A DNA stretch of 64,000 bases from Betaproteobacteria bacterium (GTDB taxonomy: Bacteria > Pseudomonadota > Gammaproteobacteria > Burkholderiales > SG8-39): contig JBBINV010000003.1 in assembly GCA_037443705.1 (NCBI GenBank), positions 20,498 to 84,497 on the forward strand. The letters are read 5' to 3'. The notes below the pieces were generated by a model. It saw nothing but the letters and a program-made list of their open reading frames with translations. It searched no databases and was not told where the DNA came from. Positions within the stretch are counted from its first letter, which is position 1. Each line of letters begins with the position of its first letter. A program made the translations under genes and the position numbers. Positions 11,120-20,165 of this stretch are shown here, one piece after another.

Positions 11120-11818
11120 ATGGCGATCGAGATCACCAATCGGACCAAGATCATGGGCGGCGTGGCGGTGCTCGCGCTCGCGGGCGCCGGCGCCTGGTTC
11201 TTCCTTTTCAGCGAGGAGGCGCCGCCGCCCAAGCCCGTCGCCAAGGCGCCGGCGAAGCCCGCCGCGAAGCCCGCCGCGAAGGCCCCCGAGGCCCCGAAGC
11301 CCGTGGCCGAAGCACCGAAACCTGCCCCCGAGACACCGACGCCCGCTGCCGAGGCGCCCAAGCCTGCCGCCGAGGCGCCCAGGCCAGGGCCGGTTGCGGA
11401 GGCGCCAAAGCCGCTGCCCGAGGCGAAACCCGCGCAAGAGCCGAAGGCGGCTCCGGCCAAGCGGCGAGCCGGGACGCGAGCGCCCCGCCCCGTCACCGCC
11501 ACGACGGCCAAGCCGGAAGTGAGGCCGCTTTACTCGCGCTACAACGATCTCATCACCGCGGTCGTGATGAAGGATCGCGCGGCGGCGGCCGAGCTGATCG
11601 ACGACGGCAAGAGCCCGAACGTGCGCCAGAGCGACGGCCAGACCGCGCTCATGGTCGCGGCCACGCTCGGCGATCTCGAGATGGCGCAGCTGCTGCTCGC
11701 CAAGGGCGCGGACCCGAACGCGGTGGCGCCGGACGGGACCACGGCGCTCTCGCGCGCGCGCGATGGTCGCCACGCCGCGGTGGCGAGCCTGCTGCAGGCG
11801 AAGGGCGCGCAGCGGTGA
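11120..11818 (+). CDS. Membrane-anchored Pro/Ala/Lys-rich ankyrin-repeat protein
   Basis: N-terminal TM helix GGVAVLALAGAGAWFFLF, then roughly 100 aa of AEAPKP-type repeats, then C-terminal ANK repeats (DGQTALMVAATLGDLEMAQLLLAKGADPNAVAPDGTTAL). Confidence 0.75.
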   Translation: MAIEITNRTKIMGGVAVLALAGAGAWFFLFSEEAPPPKPVAKAPAKPAAKPAAKAPEAPKPVAEAPKPAPETPTPAAEAPKPAAEAPRPGPVAEAPKPLPEAKPAQEPKAAPAKRRAGTRAPRPVTATTAKPEVRPLYSRYNDLITAVVMKDRAAAAELIDDGKSPNVRQSDGQTALMVAATLGDLEMAQLLLAKGADPNAVAPDGTTALSRARDGRHAAVASLLQAKGAQR

Positions 11819-12630
11819 AGCGGCTCGCCGCCGCGCTCGTCGCCGTCGCCGGTTGCGGGCTCGGCGCCGCGGCCGAGCTTCCGATCTTCGACGCGCACGT
11901 GCACTACTCGCACGATGCGTGGGACGTGCTCCCGCCGAAGGAAGCGGTGGCGCTGCTGCGCAAGGCGGGTCTGAAGCGCGCGCTCGTCTCGAGCTCGGGC
12001 GACGAGGGGCAGCAGCGGCTCTACGCGGAGGCGCCCGATCTGATCCTGCCGTCACTGCGACCCTACCGCAAGCGCGGCGAGATCGGGACCTGGGTGCGCG
12101 ACGCGTCCGTGATTTCCTATCTCGAAGAACGGCTGAAGAAGCACCGCTATGTCGCGATCGGCGAGTTTCACCTCGACGGCGCGGACGCGGATCTTCCGGT
12201 GCCGAGGCGGATGGTGCAGCTCGCGCGCGCACACAAGCTCTTCCTTCACGCGCATTCCGACGTCGATGCCGTGGAGCGCATCTTCGTGCAGGATCCGGGA
12301 GCGCGCGTGCTCTGGGCACACTCGGGGTTCGAGAGCCCGGCGCGCGTGCGCGAGATGCTGCGCAAGCACCGCAACCTTTGGTGCGATCTCGCGTTTCGCA
12401 GCGACCACGGCGCGGATGGAAGAGTTCATCCGGAGTGGCGCGCGGCTTTCCTCGAGTTTCCCGACCGCTTCCTGGTCGGCACCGACACCTATACGCCGGA
12501 GCGCTGGCCCTACGTCGTCGAGCACGCGGGCTGGTCGCGCCGCTGGCTCGCCGAGCTGCCGTCCGAGGTGGCCGAGCGCATCGCGTGGAAGAACGGCGAG
12601 GCGCTCTTCGGCGGCATGCTCTCGCGCTAG
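11815..12630 (+). CDS. Exported (lipobox VAGC) amidohydrolase-family TIM-barrel metal hydrolase
   Basis: IFDAHVHY metal-binding start motif, internal HAHSD, C-terminal FLVGTDT. GTGA overlap with the ankyrin gene. Confidence 0.7.
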   Translation: MKRLAAALVAVAGCGLGAAAELPIFDAHVHYSHDAWDVLPPKEAVALLRKAGLKRALVSSSGDEGQQRLYAEAPDLILPSLRPYRKRGEIGTWVRDASVISYLEERLKKHRYVAIGEFHLDGADADLPVPRRMVQLARAHKLFLHAHSDVDAVERIFVQDPGARVLWAHSGFESPARVREMLRKHRNLWCDLAFRSDHGADGRVHPEWRAAFLEFPDRFLVGTDTYTPERWPYVVEHAGWSRRWLAELPSEVAERIAWKNGEALFGGMLSR

Positions 12631-14600
12631 GAAGGGGTAACGGAGGAACCTGGATTCCTCTGTTTGCGGATCTCCTCGACCGTCTCCGGATTGACGAGCG
12701 AGGAGAGATCGCCCGGATTTTCGTCCAGGTACGCCGCGCGGATCACGCGGCGCATGATCTTGAGGTTGCGGGTCTTCGGAAGATCGGACACGAACACGAC
12801 GGCTTTCGGCTTGAACGGGGTGCCGAGGCCGTGCGTGACGGCCTGGGAAAGTTCTTCTCGAAGATGTTCCAGGTTGTCGGAAATTCCGGTTCTTGGCGCA
12901 CAAACCAGCACGATCGCAGACCCCTTGATCGGGTCGGGCACGCCGATCGCGGCGGCCTCGCCGAGTTTTCCGGTCGCCATGACGAGCGCCTCGATCTCGG
13001 CGGGCCCGGTGCGCTTGCCCGCGATCTTGAGCGTGTCGTCCGAGCGTCCCCAGATGTACCAGTGGCCGTCCGCGTCGCGGCTCGCGAAATCGCCGTGGTG
13101 CCATACGTCCGGCCAGGTGCTCCAGTAATTCGCGAGATAGCGCTCGTCGTCCTTCCAGAGGCTTCGCGTGAGGCCGATCACCGGCTTTCGCATCACGAGC
13201 TCGCCCACGGTTCCGGCCGGCACCGGGCGTCCCGATTCGTCGACGACGTCGGCGCCGGTGCCCGGCACCTGGGTGTTGAATGCGCAGGGCTTGAGCGGCC
13301 GCAGCACGCAGCAGGCGAGGATCCCCATCATCTCGGTGCCGCCCGAAAAGTTGAGCAGCGGCACGCGCCGGCCGCCCACCCGGTCGAAGAGCCACCACCA
13401 GGCTTCCGGCGTCCAGGGCTCGCCGCTCGAGACCATGATGCGAAGGGCCGAGAGATCGAACTTTTTCCACGGCTCGCTCCCCTGTGCGAGGAACGTGCGG
13501 ATGGTTGTAGGCGCAACGCCGAGGTAGGTCACCGCGTGCTCGGCGGCAAGCCGCCACATGCGGTCGGGGTCGGGAAAATTCGGCGCGCCTTCCGCGAGCA
13601 CGAGCGTGCCGCCCATGATCGGCGTTGCATAGACGATCAGCGGGCCCACCACCCAGCCCATGTCCGACATCCAGAGCAGCCGGTCCTCGGCCTTGAAGTC
13701 CATGCACAGGCCGAGGTCCATCACGATCTTGGCGGGGAATCCGGCGTGCGCGTGCACCACGCCCTTGGGTTTCCCGGTCGTGCCGGAGGTGAAGACGAGG
13801 AGGTAGGGGTCATCGGCGCCCATCTCCTCGGTCGGCGCGGTGTCGGGCTGGCGCGCGACGAGCTCGTGCCACCAGTGATCGCGCCCCTCGCGCCAGACGA
13901 TGGCGTTGCCCGCGCGGCGCAGCACGATCACGTGCTCGAGCCACGGCGCGCCGGCCGCCGCATCGTCCACGATCGCCTTCGCGTCGACCGGCTTTCCGCG
14001 GCGCGAGGTTCCGTCCACGGTGACGAGCGCGCGGGCGCGCCCGAGCTCCAGGCGCGCGAGCATTGCGTCGGCCCCGAAACCGGAAAAAAGCGGCATCACG
14101 ATCGCGCCGATCTTCGCCACCGCGAGCATCGCGATCATCGCTTCGGGGACGTTCGGCATGTAGATCGCCACCACGTCGCCGCGCCCGAGCCCGAGCGCCC
14201 TCAGCATCCCGGCGGCACGGCACACCTCGCGATCGAGCTCGCCGTAGGTGAAGCGTGCGCGCGCACCGTCCTCGCCCTCCCAGACGAGCGCGGGCTTGCC
14301 CCAAGTCGGCGTGCCGCGCCAGCGGTCGAGCGCGTTCAGCACCACGTTGGTGGTGCCGCCCACGCACCAGCGCGTCCAGGGCGCGCCGCGCGAATCGTCG
14401 AGCACCCGCTCGTACGGGCGGTAGAACCGCCAGTCGAGGTGCTTCAGCAGCGCGTCATAGAACCACTCGGGCTCGGCATCGGCGCGCGCGAGCAGCGCCT
14501 CGTAGCTCGGGAGCCCCTGCGCGCGCAGGAACCCCGTCAGGTTCGCTCGCGCGACCGTGCCGGCATCGGGCGTCCAGGCGATTTCCGCGCCGGAGCTCAA
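12627..14600 (-). CDS. AMP-forming acyl-CoA synthetase (acetyl-/acetoacetyl-CoA synthetase-like)
   Basis: FTSGTTGKPKGVVH AMP-binding motif, GWVVGP, SSGEPW, GDFASRDADGHWYIWGRSDDTLKIAGKR. TTG start at 14600 overlaps the gabD TGA. The upstream part of ORF 12627..16769 is a shadow. Confidence 0.85.
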   Translation of the reverse strand: MSSGAEIAWTPDAGTVARANLTGFLRAQGLPSYEALLARADAEPEWFYDALLKHLDWRFYRPYERVLDDSRGAPWTRWCVGGTTNVVLNALDRWRGTPTWGKPALVWEGEDGARARFTYGELDREVCRAAGMLRALGLGRGDVVAIYMPNVPEAMIAMLAVAKIGAIVMPLFSGFGADAMLARLELGRARALVTVDGTSRRGKPVDAKAIVDDAAAGAPWLEHVIVLRRAGNAIVWREGRDHWWHELVARQPDTAPTEEMGADDPYLLVFTSGTTGKPKGVVHAHAGFPAKIVMDLGLCMDFKAEDRLLWMSDMGWVVGPLIVYATPIMGGTLVLAEGAPNFPDPDRMWRLAAEHAVTYLGVAPTTIRTFLAQGSEPWKKFDLSALRIMVSSGEPWTPEAWWWLFDRVGGRRVPLLNFSGGTEMMGILACCVLRPLKPCAFNTQVPGTGADVVDESGRPVPAGTVGELVMRKPVIGLTRSLWKDDERYLANYWSTWPDVWHHGDFASRDADGHWYIWGRSDDTLKIAGKRTGPAEIEALVMATGKLGEAAAIGVPDPIKGSAIVLVCAPRTGISDNLEHLREELSQAVTHGLGTPFKPKAVVFVSDLPKTRNLKIMRRVIRAAYLDENPGDLSSLVNPETVEEIRKQRNPGSSVTPS

Positions 14601-16072
14601 ATCCCCCCGAGACAGACGAACTTGATCTCGAGGAAGGGCTCGATGCCGTACTTCGAGCCCTCGCGGCCGATGCCCGACTGCTTCACGCCTCCGAAGGGCG
14701 CCACTTCCTGCGAGAAGATACCCGTGTTCACCGAGATGATCCCGGCCTCGAGCGCCTCCGCGACCCGGAATACGCGCCCGATGTCGCGCGCGAAGAAGTA
14801 GGCGGCGAGCCCGAACTCGGTCGCGTTCGCCATCCGGATCACTTCGTCCTCGGTCTTGAAGCGGAACAGCGGCGCTACCGGCCCGAACGTTTCCTCGCGG
14901 AAGAGCTGCATGCGGTCGTTCGCGTCCGTGAGCACCGTCGGCTCGAAGAACAGGCCCTGCAATTTTTTTCCGCCCGTGAGCGCAGTAGCGCCCTTGGCGA
15001 GCGCATCCGACACGTGCGCCTCGACCTTGGCGAGGCCCTGCGCGTCGATCAGCGGCCCGATCACCACGCCAGGCTCGGTGCCGGGGCCGACCTTGAAGGC
15101 GCGCACCTTCTCGGCGAAACGCTTCGCGAACGCGTCGTAGATCCCGTCCTGCACGAAGATGCGGTTCGCGCACACGCAGGTCTGGCCGGCGTTGCGGTAC
15201 TTGGAGGCGATCGCGCCCTCGACCGCCGCATCCAGATCGGCGTCGTCGAACACGATCAGCGGCGCGTTCCCCCCGAGCTCGAACGAGATCTTCTTCACCT
15301 GGTCCGCCGACTGGCGCATCAGGATCCGGCCGACTTCGGTCGAGCCGGTGAAGGTGATCTTGCGCACCAGCGGATTGCGCGTGAACTCCGAGCCGATCGC
15401 GGGCGGATCGTTCGAGGTGAGGATGTTGAGCACGCCCTTCGGCATCCCCGCCCGCTCCGCGAGCACGGCCAGCGCGAGCGCCGAGAGCGGCGTCTGCTCG
15501 GCGGGTTTCAGCACCACGGTGCAACCGGCCGCGAGCGCGGGCGCGACCTTGCGCGTGATCATCGCGTTGGGGAAGTTCCAGGGCGTGATCGCCGCGGTCA
15601 CTCCGACCGGCTGTTTGAGCACCAGCAGCCGCTTGTCGGCCTGATGCTGCGGAATGATGTCGCCGTACACGCGCTTGCCTTCCTCGGCGTACCACTCGAT
15701 GAACGCGGCGCCGTAGGCGATCTCGCCGCGCGCCTCCGTCAAGGGCTTGCCCTGCTCGGCGGTGAGGATCTTCGCCAGGTCCTCCTGGCTCGCCATCACG
15801 GCATCGAACCATTTGCGCAGGATCGCGGCGCGCTCCTTGGCGGTCTTCGCGCGCCAGCCGCCCCAGGCGGCGTGCGCCGCCTCGATCGCGCGCTTGGCGT
15901 CGTTCCCGCCAAGGTCGGCGACATTGGCGAGCGTGACGCCGGTGGCCGGGTTCGCGACCGGATAGGTCTTCGCTCCCGAGACCCAGCTTCCGTCGACGTA
16001 GGACTGCTCCCGGAAGAGTTCCGGATCCTTGAGCGAAAGGGCCGGCAGGCCAGGCGGGGTAGGGGCATTCAT
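14597..16072 (-). CDS. gabD: NAD(P)-dependent succinate-semialdehyde dehydrogenase-like aldehyde dehydrogenase
   Basis: ITPWNFP, KISFELGGNAP, catalytic NAGQTCVCANR, EETFGP. Start at MNAPTPPGL (16072). Confidence 0.88.
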   Translation of the reverse strand: MNAPTPPGLPALSLKDPELFREQSYVDGSWVSGAKTYPVANPATGVTLANVADLGGNDAKRAIEAAHAAWGGWRAKTAKERAAILRKWFDAVMASQEDLAKILTAEQGKPLTEARGEIAYGAAFIEWYAEEGKRVYGDIIPQHQADKRLLVLKQPVGVTAAITPWNFPNAMITRKVAPALAAGCTVVLKPAEQTPLSALALAVLAERAGMPKGVLNILTSNDPPAIGSEFTRNPLVRKITFTGSTEVGRILMRQSADQVKKISFELGGNAPLIVFDDADLDAAVEGAIASKYRNAGQTCVCANRIFVQDGIYDAFAKRFAEKVRAFKVGPGTEPGVVIGPLIDAQGLAKVEAHVSDALAKGATALTGGKKLQGLFFEPTVLTDANDRMQLFREETFGPVAPLFRFKTEDEVIRMANATEFGLAAYFFARDIGRVFRVAEALEAGIISVNTGIFSQEVAPFGGVKQSGIGREGSKYGIEPFLEIKFVCLGGI

Positions 16073-17073
16073 GCGGCAGTCTCCTTCGGTGGCCGGTGCG
16101 CCCAATCGCGCGGGCTCGCGCCGTAGCGGGCGCGGAACGCGCGGCTGAAGTGCGCCGGGCTGTTGAAACCGCTCGCAAAAGCGACGCTCGTAATCGAGCG
16201 AAGCTGCTCGCCGCGGCTCTCCAGCTTCCGGCGCGCCGCCTCCAGGCGGCGCTCCCAGATGTAGCCGCGCAGCGTGCAATCCTCGGCTTCGAACGCCTTG
16301 TGAAGCGCGCGCTTGGAGCAGTTGAGGGCCCGCGCGACCGAGGCGACGCAAAGATCCGGGTCGTGCAGGTTCTGGTCGATGTGACGCTTGATTCTCTCGC
16401 GCAGCACGGAGCCGCGCTGGCCGTCGAGGCGCCCGCCCGCCTGCTCCAGCAGCGCAAGGTGCAGCAGCTCGACGATCCGCTCGCCCGTGTCCGCCGCGAG
16501 CGGCCGGTCCGCGATCGCGGCCTCGAGCGTGCGTTCGATCGCGTCGCACGCGACACGCGCCAGGCCGGAGGCGGCGCGCAAGCGCCGCACGAGCAACTGG
16601 GCGAGATCGGCACGCCCGCGGAGAATCCCTTCTCGCGGAAGCAGCAGGATGTGCAGGTCGACCGGGCCTGGCGCGGAAACGATGTACGAGCGCGTCGTAT
16701 CGTAGAGGCTCCAGTCGCCCGGTCTGAGCCATGCCGTCCGGCCGTCCTGCTCGAAAAGGCTCTTGCCACTGCGCTGCACCACCATCTTCAGGAAGCCGGG
16801 ATCGCTCAGACCGCGGCATCCTGCGGTGCGCACGACGCGATGGCGCGCGGCCTGCAGGTGGCACACGCGCACCTCGCCGAGGTCGAGCGCGGAGATCGCG
16901 CCGCCGAAGTCCTCGTCGCCGTAGGTGTCCGAGCGCAGCCGCCCGAACGAGCGCCACACGAGATCGCTCCAGTAGGCGACGCGCTCTCGCGCGGGCGCCT
17001 CGTCGGTGGATAGGCGGATGAACTGCGTCACGCGTGCGCGCTCGGTCAAGACAGGCGATGCGGGTTTGCGCAT
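16069..17073 (-). CDS. AraC-family transcriptional regulator
   Basis: C-terminal double HTH (LCVASVARALNCSKRALHKAF ... SITSVAFASGFNSPAHFSRAFRARYG). Start chosen at MRKPASPV (17073). Its stop overlaps the gabD ATG (ATGA). Confidence 0.85.
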   Translation of the reverse strand: MRKPASPVLTERARVTQFIRLSTDEAPARERVAYWSDLVWRSFGRLRSDTYGDEDFGGAISALDLGEVRVCHLQAARHRVVRTAGCRGLSDPGFLKMVVQRSGKSLFEQDGRTAWLRPGDWSLYDTTRSYIVSAPGPVDLHILLLPREGILRGRADLAQLLVRRLRAASGLARVACDAIERTLEAAIADRPLAADTGERIVELLHLALLEQAGGRLDGQRGSVLRERIKRHIDQNLHDPDLCVASVARALNCSKRALHKAFEAEDCTLRGYIWERRLEAARRKLESRGEQLRSITSVAFASGFNSPAHFSRAFRARYGASPRDWAHRPPKETAA

Positions 17074-17082
17074 GATACTCGC

Positions 17083-17111
17083 TTGACACGGATCGAAGAA
17101 CATCCGTAAGT
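17083..17111 (+). promoter_or_regulatory. Candidate sigma70-type promoter for the ABC-transporter operon
   Basis: TTGACA, 17-nt spacer, GTAAGT; lies 48 nt upstream of the ATG at 17159 in the divergent araC/SBP spacer. Confidence 0.3.
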
Positions 17112-17158
17112 TGCTGTAACGACGACCACAATTGCGGCACTGACAGGAGGAGGGGACG

Positions 17159-18343
17159 ATGACGCTCAAGAAATCCTTGCAGGTCCTGGCCGCCATCGCG
17201 GCCGCATGCACGGCGTGCCTGCCGGCCTCGGCGCAGGAGGCGCCGGTGAGAATCGGCTACGCGATCGCGCGCACCGGGCCGTGGGCGGCCGGTGCGCAGG
17301 TCACCCAGGAGCCGAACTACGTGCTCTGGGCCGACCAGGTGAACGCGGCCGGGGGCCTCAACGTCAAGGGCAAGAAGCGCAGGGTCGAGCTGGTCGGCTA
17401 CGACGACCGGAGCGAGGCCGAAACCATGGTGCGCACCTACGAGAAGCTGATGGGCACCGACAAGGTCGACCTCATCCTGCCGCCCTGGGGTACGGGCGCG
17501 AATTTCGCGGTGATGCCGCTGATCCAGAAGTTCGGCTATCCGATGGTGGCGCCCACCGCGACCGGCCGCAAGCTCCTGGGCATGAAGAACCCGTACTTCT
17601 TCGCCATCCTGCAGCAGCCCGATCGCATGATGATCGCGCTCGCCGAGTTCCTGAAGGCGCGAAACATCCAGACCGCCGCCGTGATCCACGTCGACGAGCT
17701 CTTCGGGCTGGAGCAGGCGGGCGCGCTCGAGGCCGCGTTCAAGGAAAAAGGCATCCGGATCGTCGAGAAGAAGAGCTACCCCCTCGGCGTCAAGGACCTC
17801 AAGCCCGTACTGAACGACATCAAGGCAAAGAACCCCGATGCGTTCGTGGCGCTTTCGTACCCGCCGGACACCTTCCTCGTCACCGCGCAGGCCCGCGAGA
17901 TCGCGTTCAACCCGAAGGCCTTCTATGCCTCGGTCGGCACCGCGTTCCCGATCTATCGCGACAAGATGGGGCCGGCGATCGAGGGCGTGATGGGCCTCGG
18001 GACCTGGAACCCGAAGACCAGCGCCGCGGCCAAGGCCTACTTCGACTCTCACGTCGCCCGGCACAAGAAGGAGCCCGACCGCTGGGCGAGCGCGCACGCC
18101 TGGGCGGCGCTGCAGGTGATGGAACAGGCCGTGGCCAAGGCGGGGCTCGATCGCAAGGCGCTGCGCGAGGCGATCGCGAACGGCGAGTTCGACACCGTGA
18201 TCGGCAAGATCCGGTTCCGGAACGGCGAGAACATCTCCACGCCGGGCGTCGTCAGCCAGTGGCAAGGCAGGGAGTTCGAGGTCGTCTGGCCGCCTCAGCT
18301 CGCCACCGCGCCGGCGCTCTTCCCGAAGCCCGGCTGGAAGTGA
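17159..18343 (+). CDS. ABC transporter substrate-binding protein (LivK/branched-chain amino-acid type fold)
   Basis: Signal peptide ending ASAQEA; type-I periplasmic binding fold sequence (IGYAIARTGPWAAGA, VELVGYDD). Confidence 0.85.
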   Translation: MTLKKSLQVLAAIAAACTACLPASAQEAPVRIGYAIARTGPWAAGAQVTQEPNYVLWADQVNAAGGLNVKGKKRRVELVGYDDRSEAETMVRTYEKLMGTDKVDLILPPWGTGANFAVMPLIQKFGYPMVAPTATGRKLLGMKNPYFFAILQQPDRMMIALAEFLKARNIQTAAVIHVDELFGLEQAGALEAAFKEKGIRIVEKKSYPLGVKDLKPVLNDIKAKNPDAFVALSYPPDTFLVTAQAREIAFNPKAFYASVGTAFPIYRDKMGPAIEGVMGLGTWNPKTSAAAKAYFDSHVARHKKEPDRWASAHAWAALQVMEQAVAKAGLDRKALREAIANGEFDTVIGKIRFRNGENISTPGVVSQWQGREFEVVWPPQLATAPALFPKPGWK

Positions 18344-18393
18344 TCGGAGCGTAAGTCGAAGCCCCGCGCGGCGGCGCGGGGCTTTTTCTTCTC

Positions 18394-19263
18394 ATGGGCT
18401 TCTGGATCGAACTGGCCGCCTCGGGGCTGATCAGCGGGGGCATCTACGCGCTCGTCGCGATGGGGCTGAACCTGCAGTACGGCCTGATGCGCATCATGAA
18501 CATCTCGCACGGCGAGTTCCTGATGGTCGGCGCCTACCTCACCTGGCTCGCGCACACCGCCTTCGGGATCGACCCGGTCGCGTTCATGCCGGTGGTGGCG
18601 GTGGCGATGTTCCTGGCGGGCCTCGCGGTGTATGCGCTCTGCTTCCGGCGCATCGCGCGCACCTCGCCTGCTGTCGAGGTGATCGAGGCGCGCAGCCTGC
18701 TGGTCGGGTTCGGCCTGATGTACCTCGTGCAAAACGCGGCGTACCTCGCCTGGGGCGCCGACCTGCGCGGCTATTCGTTTCTTGCCGACCCGGTGGAGAT
18801 CGCGGGCGCGCGCTTCGCGGCGAACCGCCTGGTCGCCTTCGGTTTCGCGGTCGGCGCAAGCCTCGCGCTGCTCGCGCTGCTGCGCTTCACGCTCATCGGA
18901 AAGGCGGTGCGCGCCATGATGCAGTCGCCCGCGGGCGCGCAGCTCGTGGGGATCGACACCGCGGTGCTGCACCCGGCGGTGTTCGGCGCAGGCCTCGCGC
19001 TCGCGGGGGTCGCGGGCTCCCTCCTTTCGATGGTCTACGAGATCACGCCGTCGATGGGCGAGCCCTATACGGTCACCGCACTGATCGTCATCACGCTCGG
19101 CGGGCTTGGCAGCGCCGGCGGGTGTCTCGCCGGCGGGCTGCTCCTGGGCCTCGTCGAAGCCTTCGGCATGCACTTCACCAGCCCGTCGCTCAAGATGCTT
19201 CTTTCGTACGCGGTCTTCATCGGAGTCCTGCTGGCCAGGCCCAAAGGGCTGTTTTCGCGATGA
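18394..19263 (+). CDS. Branched-chain amino-acid-type ABC permease (LivH-like)
   Basis: Multi-pass membrane protein; GLNLQYGLMRIMNISHGEF motif typical of LivH. Confidence 0.88.
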   Translation: MGFWIELAASGLISGGIYALVAMGLNLQYGLMRIMNISHGEFLMVGAYLTWLAHTAFGIDPVAFMPVVAVAMFLAGLAVYALCFRRIARTSPAVEVIEARSLLVGFGLMYLVQNAAYLAWGADLRGYSFLADPVEIAGARFAANRLVAFGFAVGASLALLALLRFTLIGKAVRAMMQSPAGAQLVGIDTAVLHPAVFGAGLALAGVAGSLLSMVYEITPSMGEPYTVTALIVITLGGLGSAGGCLAGGLLLGLVEAFGMHFTSPSLKMLLSYAVFIGVLLARPKGLFSR

Positions 19264-20165
19264 AGCGGGGATTCCTCTATTTCTCCGTTCCGTGCCTCGC
19301 GCTTGCCGCGCTGCCCTGGCTTGCGTCCGACTTCGTCGTATCCCTCGCGCTCACGTGCCTCATGTACGTGGGGCTTGCGGTGAGCTGGGCGATGTTCTCG
19401 GGCGCGACCAGCTATCTGTCGCTCGCGACCTCGGCGTTCTTCGGCATCGGCGCCTATGTCACGGCATGGGGGCTGGAAGCTCTGCCGTACGCGCTCGTGG
19501 TGCCGCTCGGCGGGCTCGTGGCGGCGGCGTTCGCCGCGCTCGTCGGCGCGGCGGTGCTTCACCTGCGCGGAGCGTATTTCGCGGTGCTCACCTTCGGCCT
19601 GGGAGAGCTCGTGCGCCACGCGATCACCTATTCCGAGAAGACCTACGCGAAGACGGTTGGCCGCGTGATCGCGGATGCGCCCGATTCCTTGACGGTGTAT
19701 CTCACGGTGCTCGCAATCGCGGCAGCGGCGGTAGCCGCGTGCGCCGCGGTGCGCGCGAGCCGCTTCGGTCTCGCGCTCGCCGGCATCGGCTCGGACGAGG
19801 AGCGCGCGCAGACGCTCGGCGTCAACACGCGCCTCGCCAAGATCACGGGCTTCGCGCTCGCCGCGTTTTTCGCGGGCGCCCTGGGCGCCGCGGTCGCGGT
19901 GCGCTGGACCTACATCGAGCCGGCGTCGGTGTTCAATCCGTTCATCGGCTTCCAGACCGTGCTGATCGCCATGATCGGCGGTGCCCAGACGCTCGCCGGC
20001 CCGATGGCTTCCGCGGTCGTGTTCAGCCTGCTCACCGAGCTCCTGCGGCTTCATTTCCCCTACGCCTATCTCGTGGTGCTCGGGCTGCTGCTGATCCTGC
20101 TCGTGCTCTATCTGCCGGGCGGCATCGCCTCCGCCTTCGTTCGCTGGAGGCGAGCCGGTGCGTGA
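19260..20165 (+). CDS. Branched-chain amino-acid-type ABC permease (LivM-like)
   Basis: Multi-pass membrane protein with SLATSAFFGIGAY; ATGA overlap with the preceding permease. Confidence 0.85.
   Translation: MKRGFLYFSVPCLALAALPWLASDFVVSLALTCLMYVGLAVSWAMFSGATSYLSLATSAFFGIGAYVTAWGLEALPYALVVPLGGLVAAAFAALVGAAVLHLRGAYFAVLTFGLGELVRHAITYSEKTYAKTVGRVIADAPDSLTVYLTVLAIAAAAVAACAAVRASRFGLALAGIGSDEERAQTLGVNTRLAKITGFALAAFFAGALGAAVAVRWTYIEPASVFNPFIGFQTVLIAMIGGAQTLAGPMASAVVFSLLTELLRLHFPYAYLVVLGLLLILLVLYLPGGIASAFVRWRRAGA

Noticed and set aside
11200-11470. Repetitive DNA in the ankyrin gene (AEAPKP units), and the similar tract in tolA (38570-38780), checked as possible CRISPR or tandem-repeat loci
   Set aside because: The repeats are imperfect and in frame and encode Pro/Ala/Lys linkers. 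There is no repeat-spacer periodicity, so they are coding low-complexity regions and not CRISPR.
14601-18265. N-terminal extensions of ORFs 12627..16769 and 14597..18265 that would make 1380-aa and 1222-aa proteins
   Set aside because: The recognisable synthetase and dehydrogenase sequences begin at 14600 and 16072. The upstream parts overlap the gabD, araC and substrate-binding protein genes in other frames and are compositionally shadow sequence.
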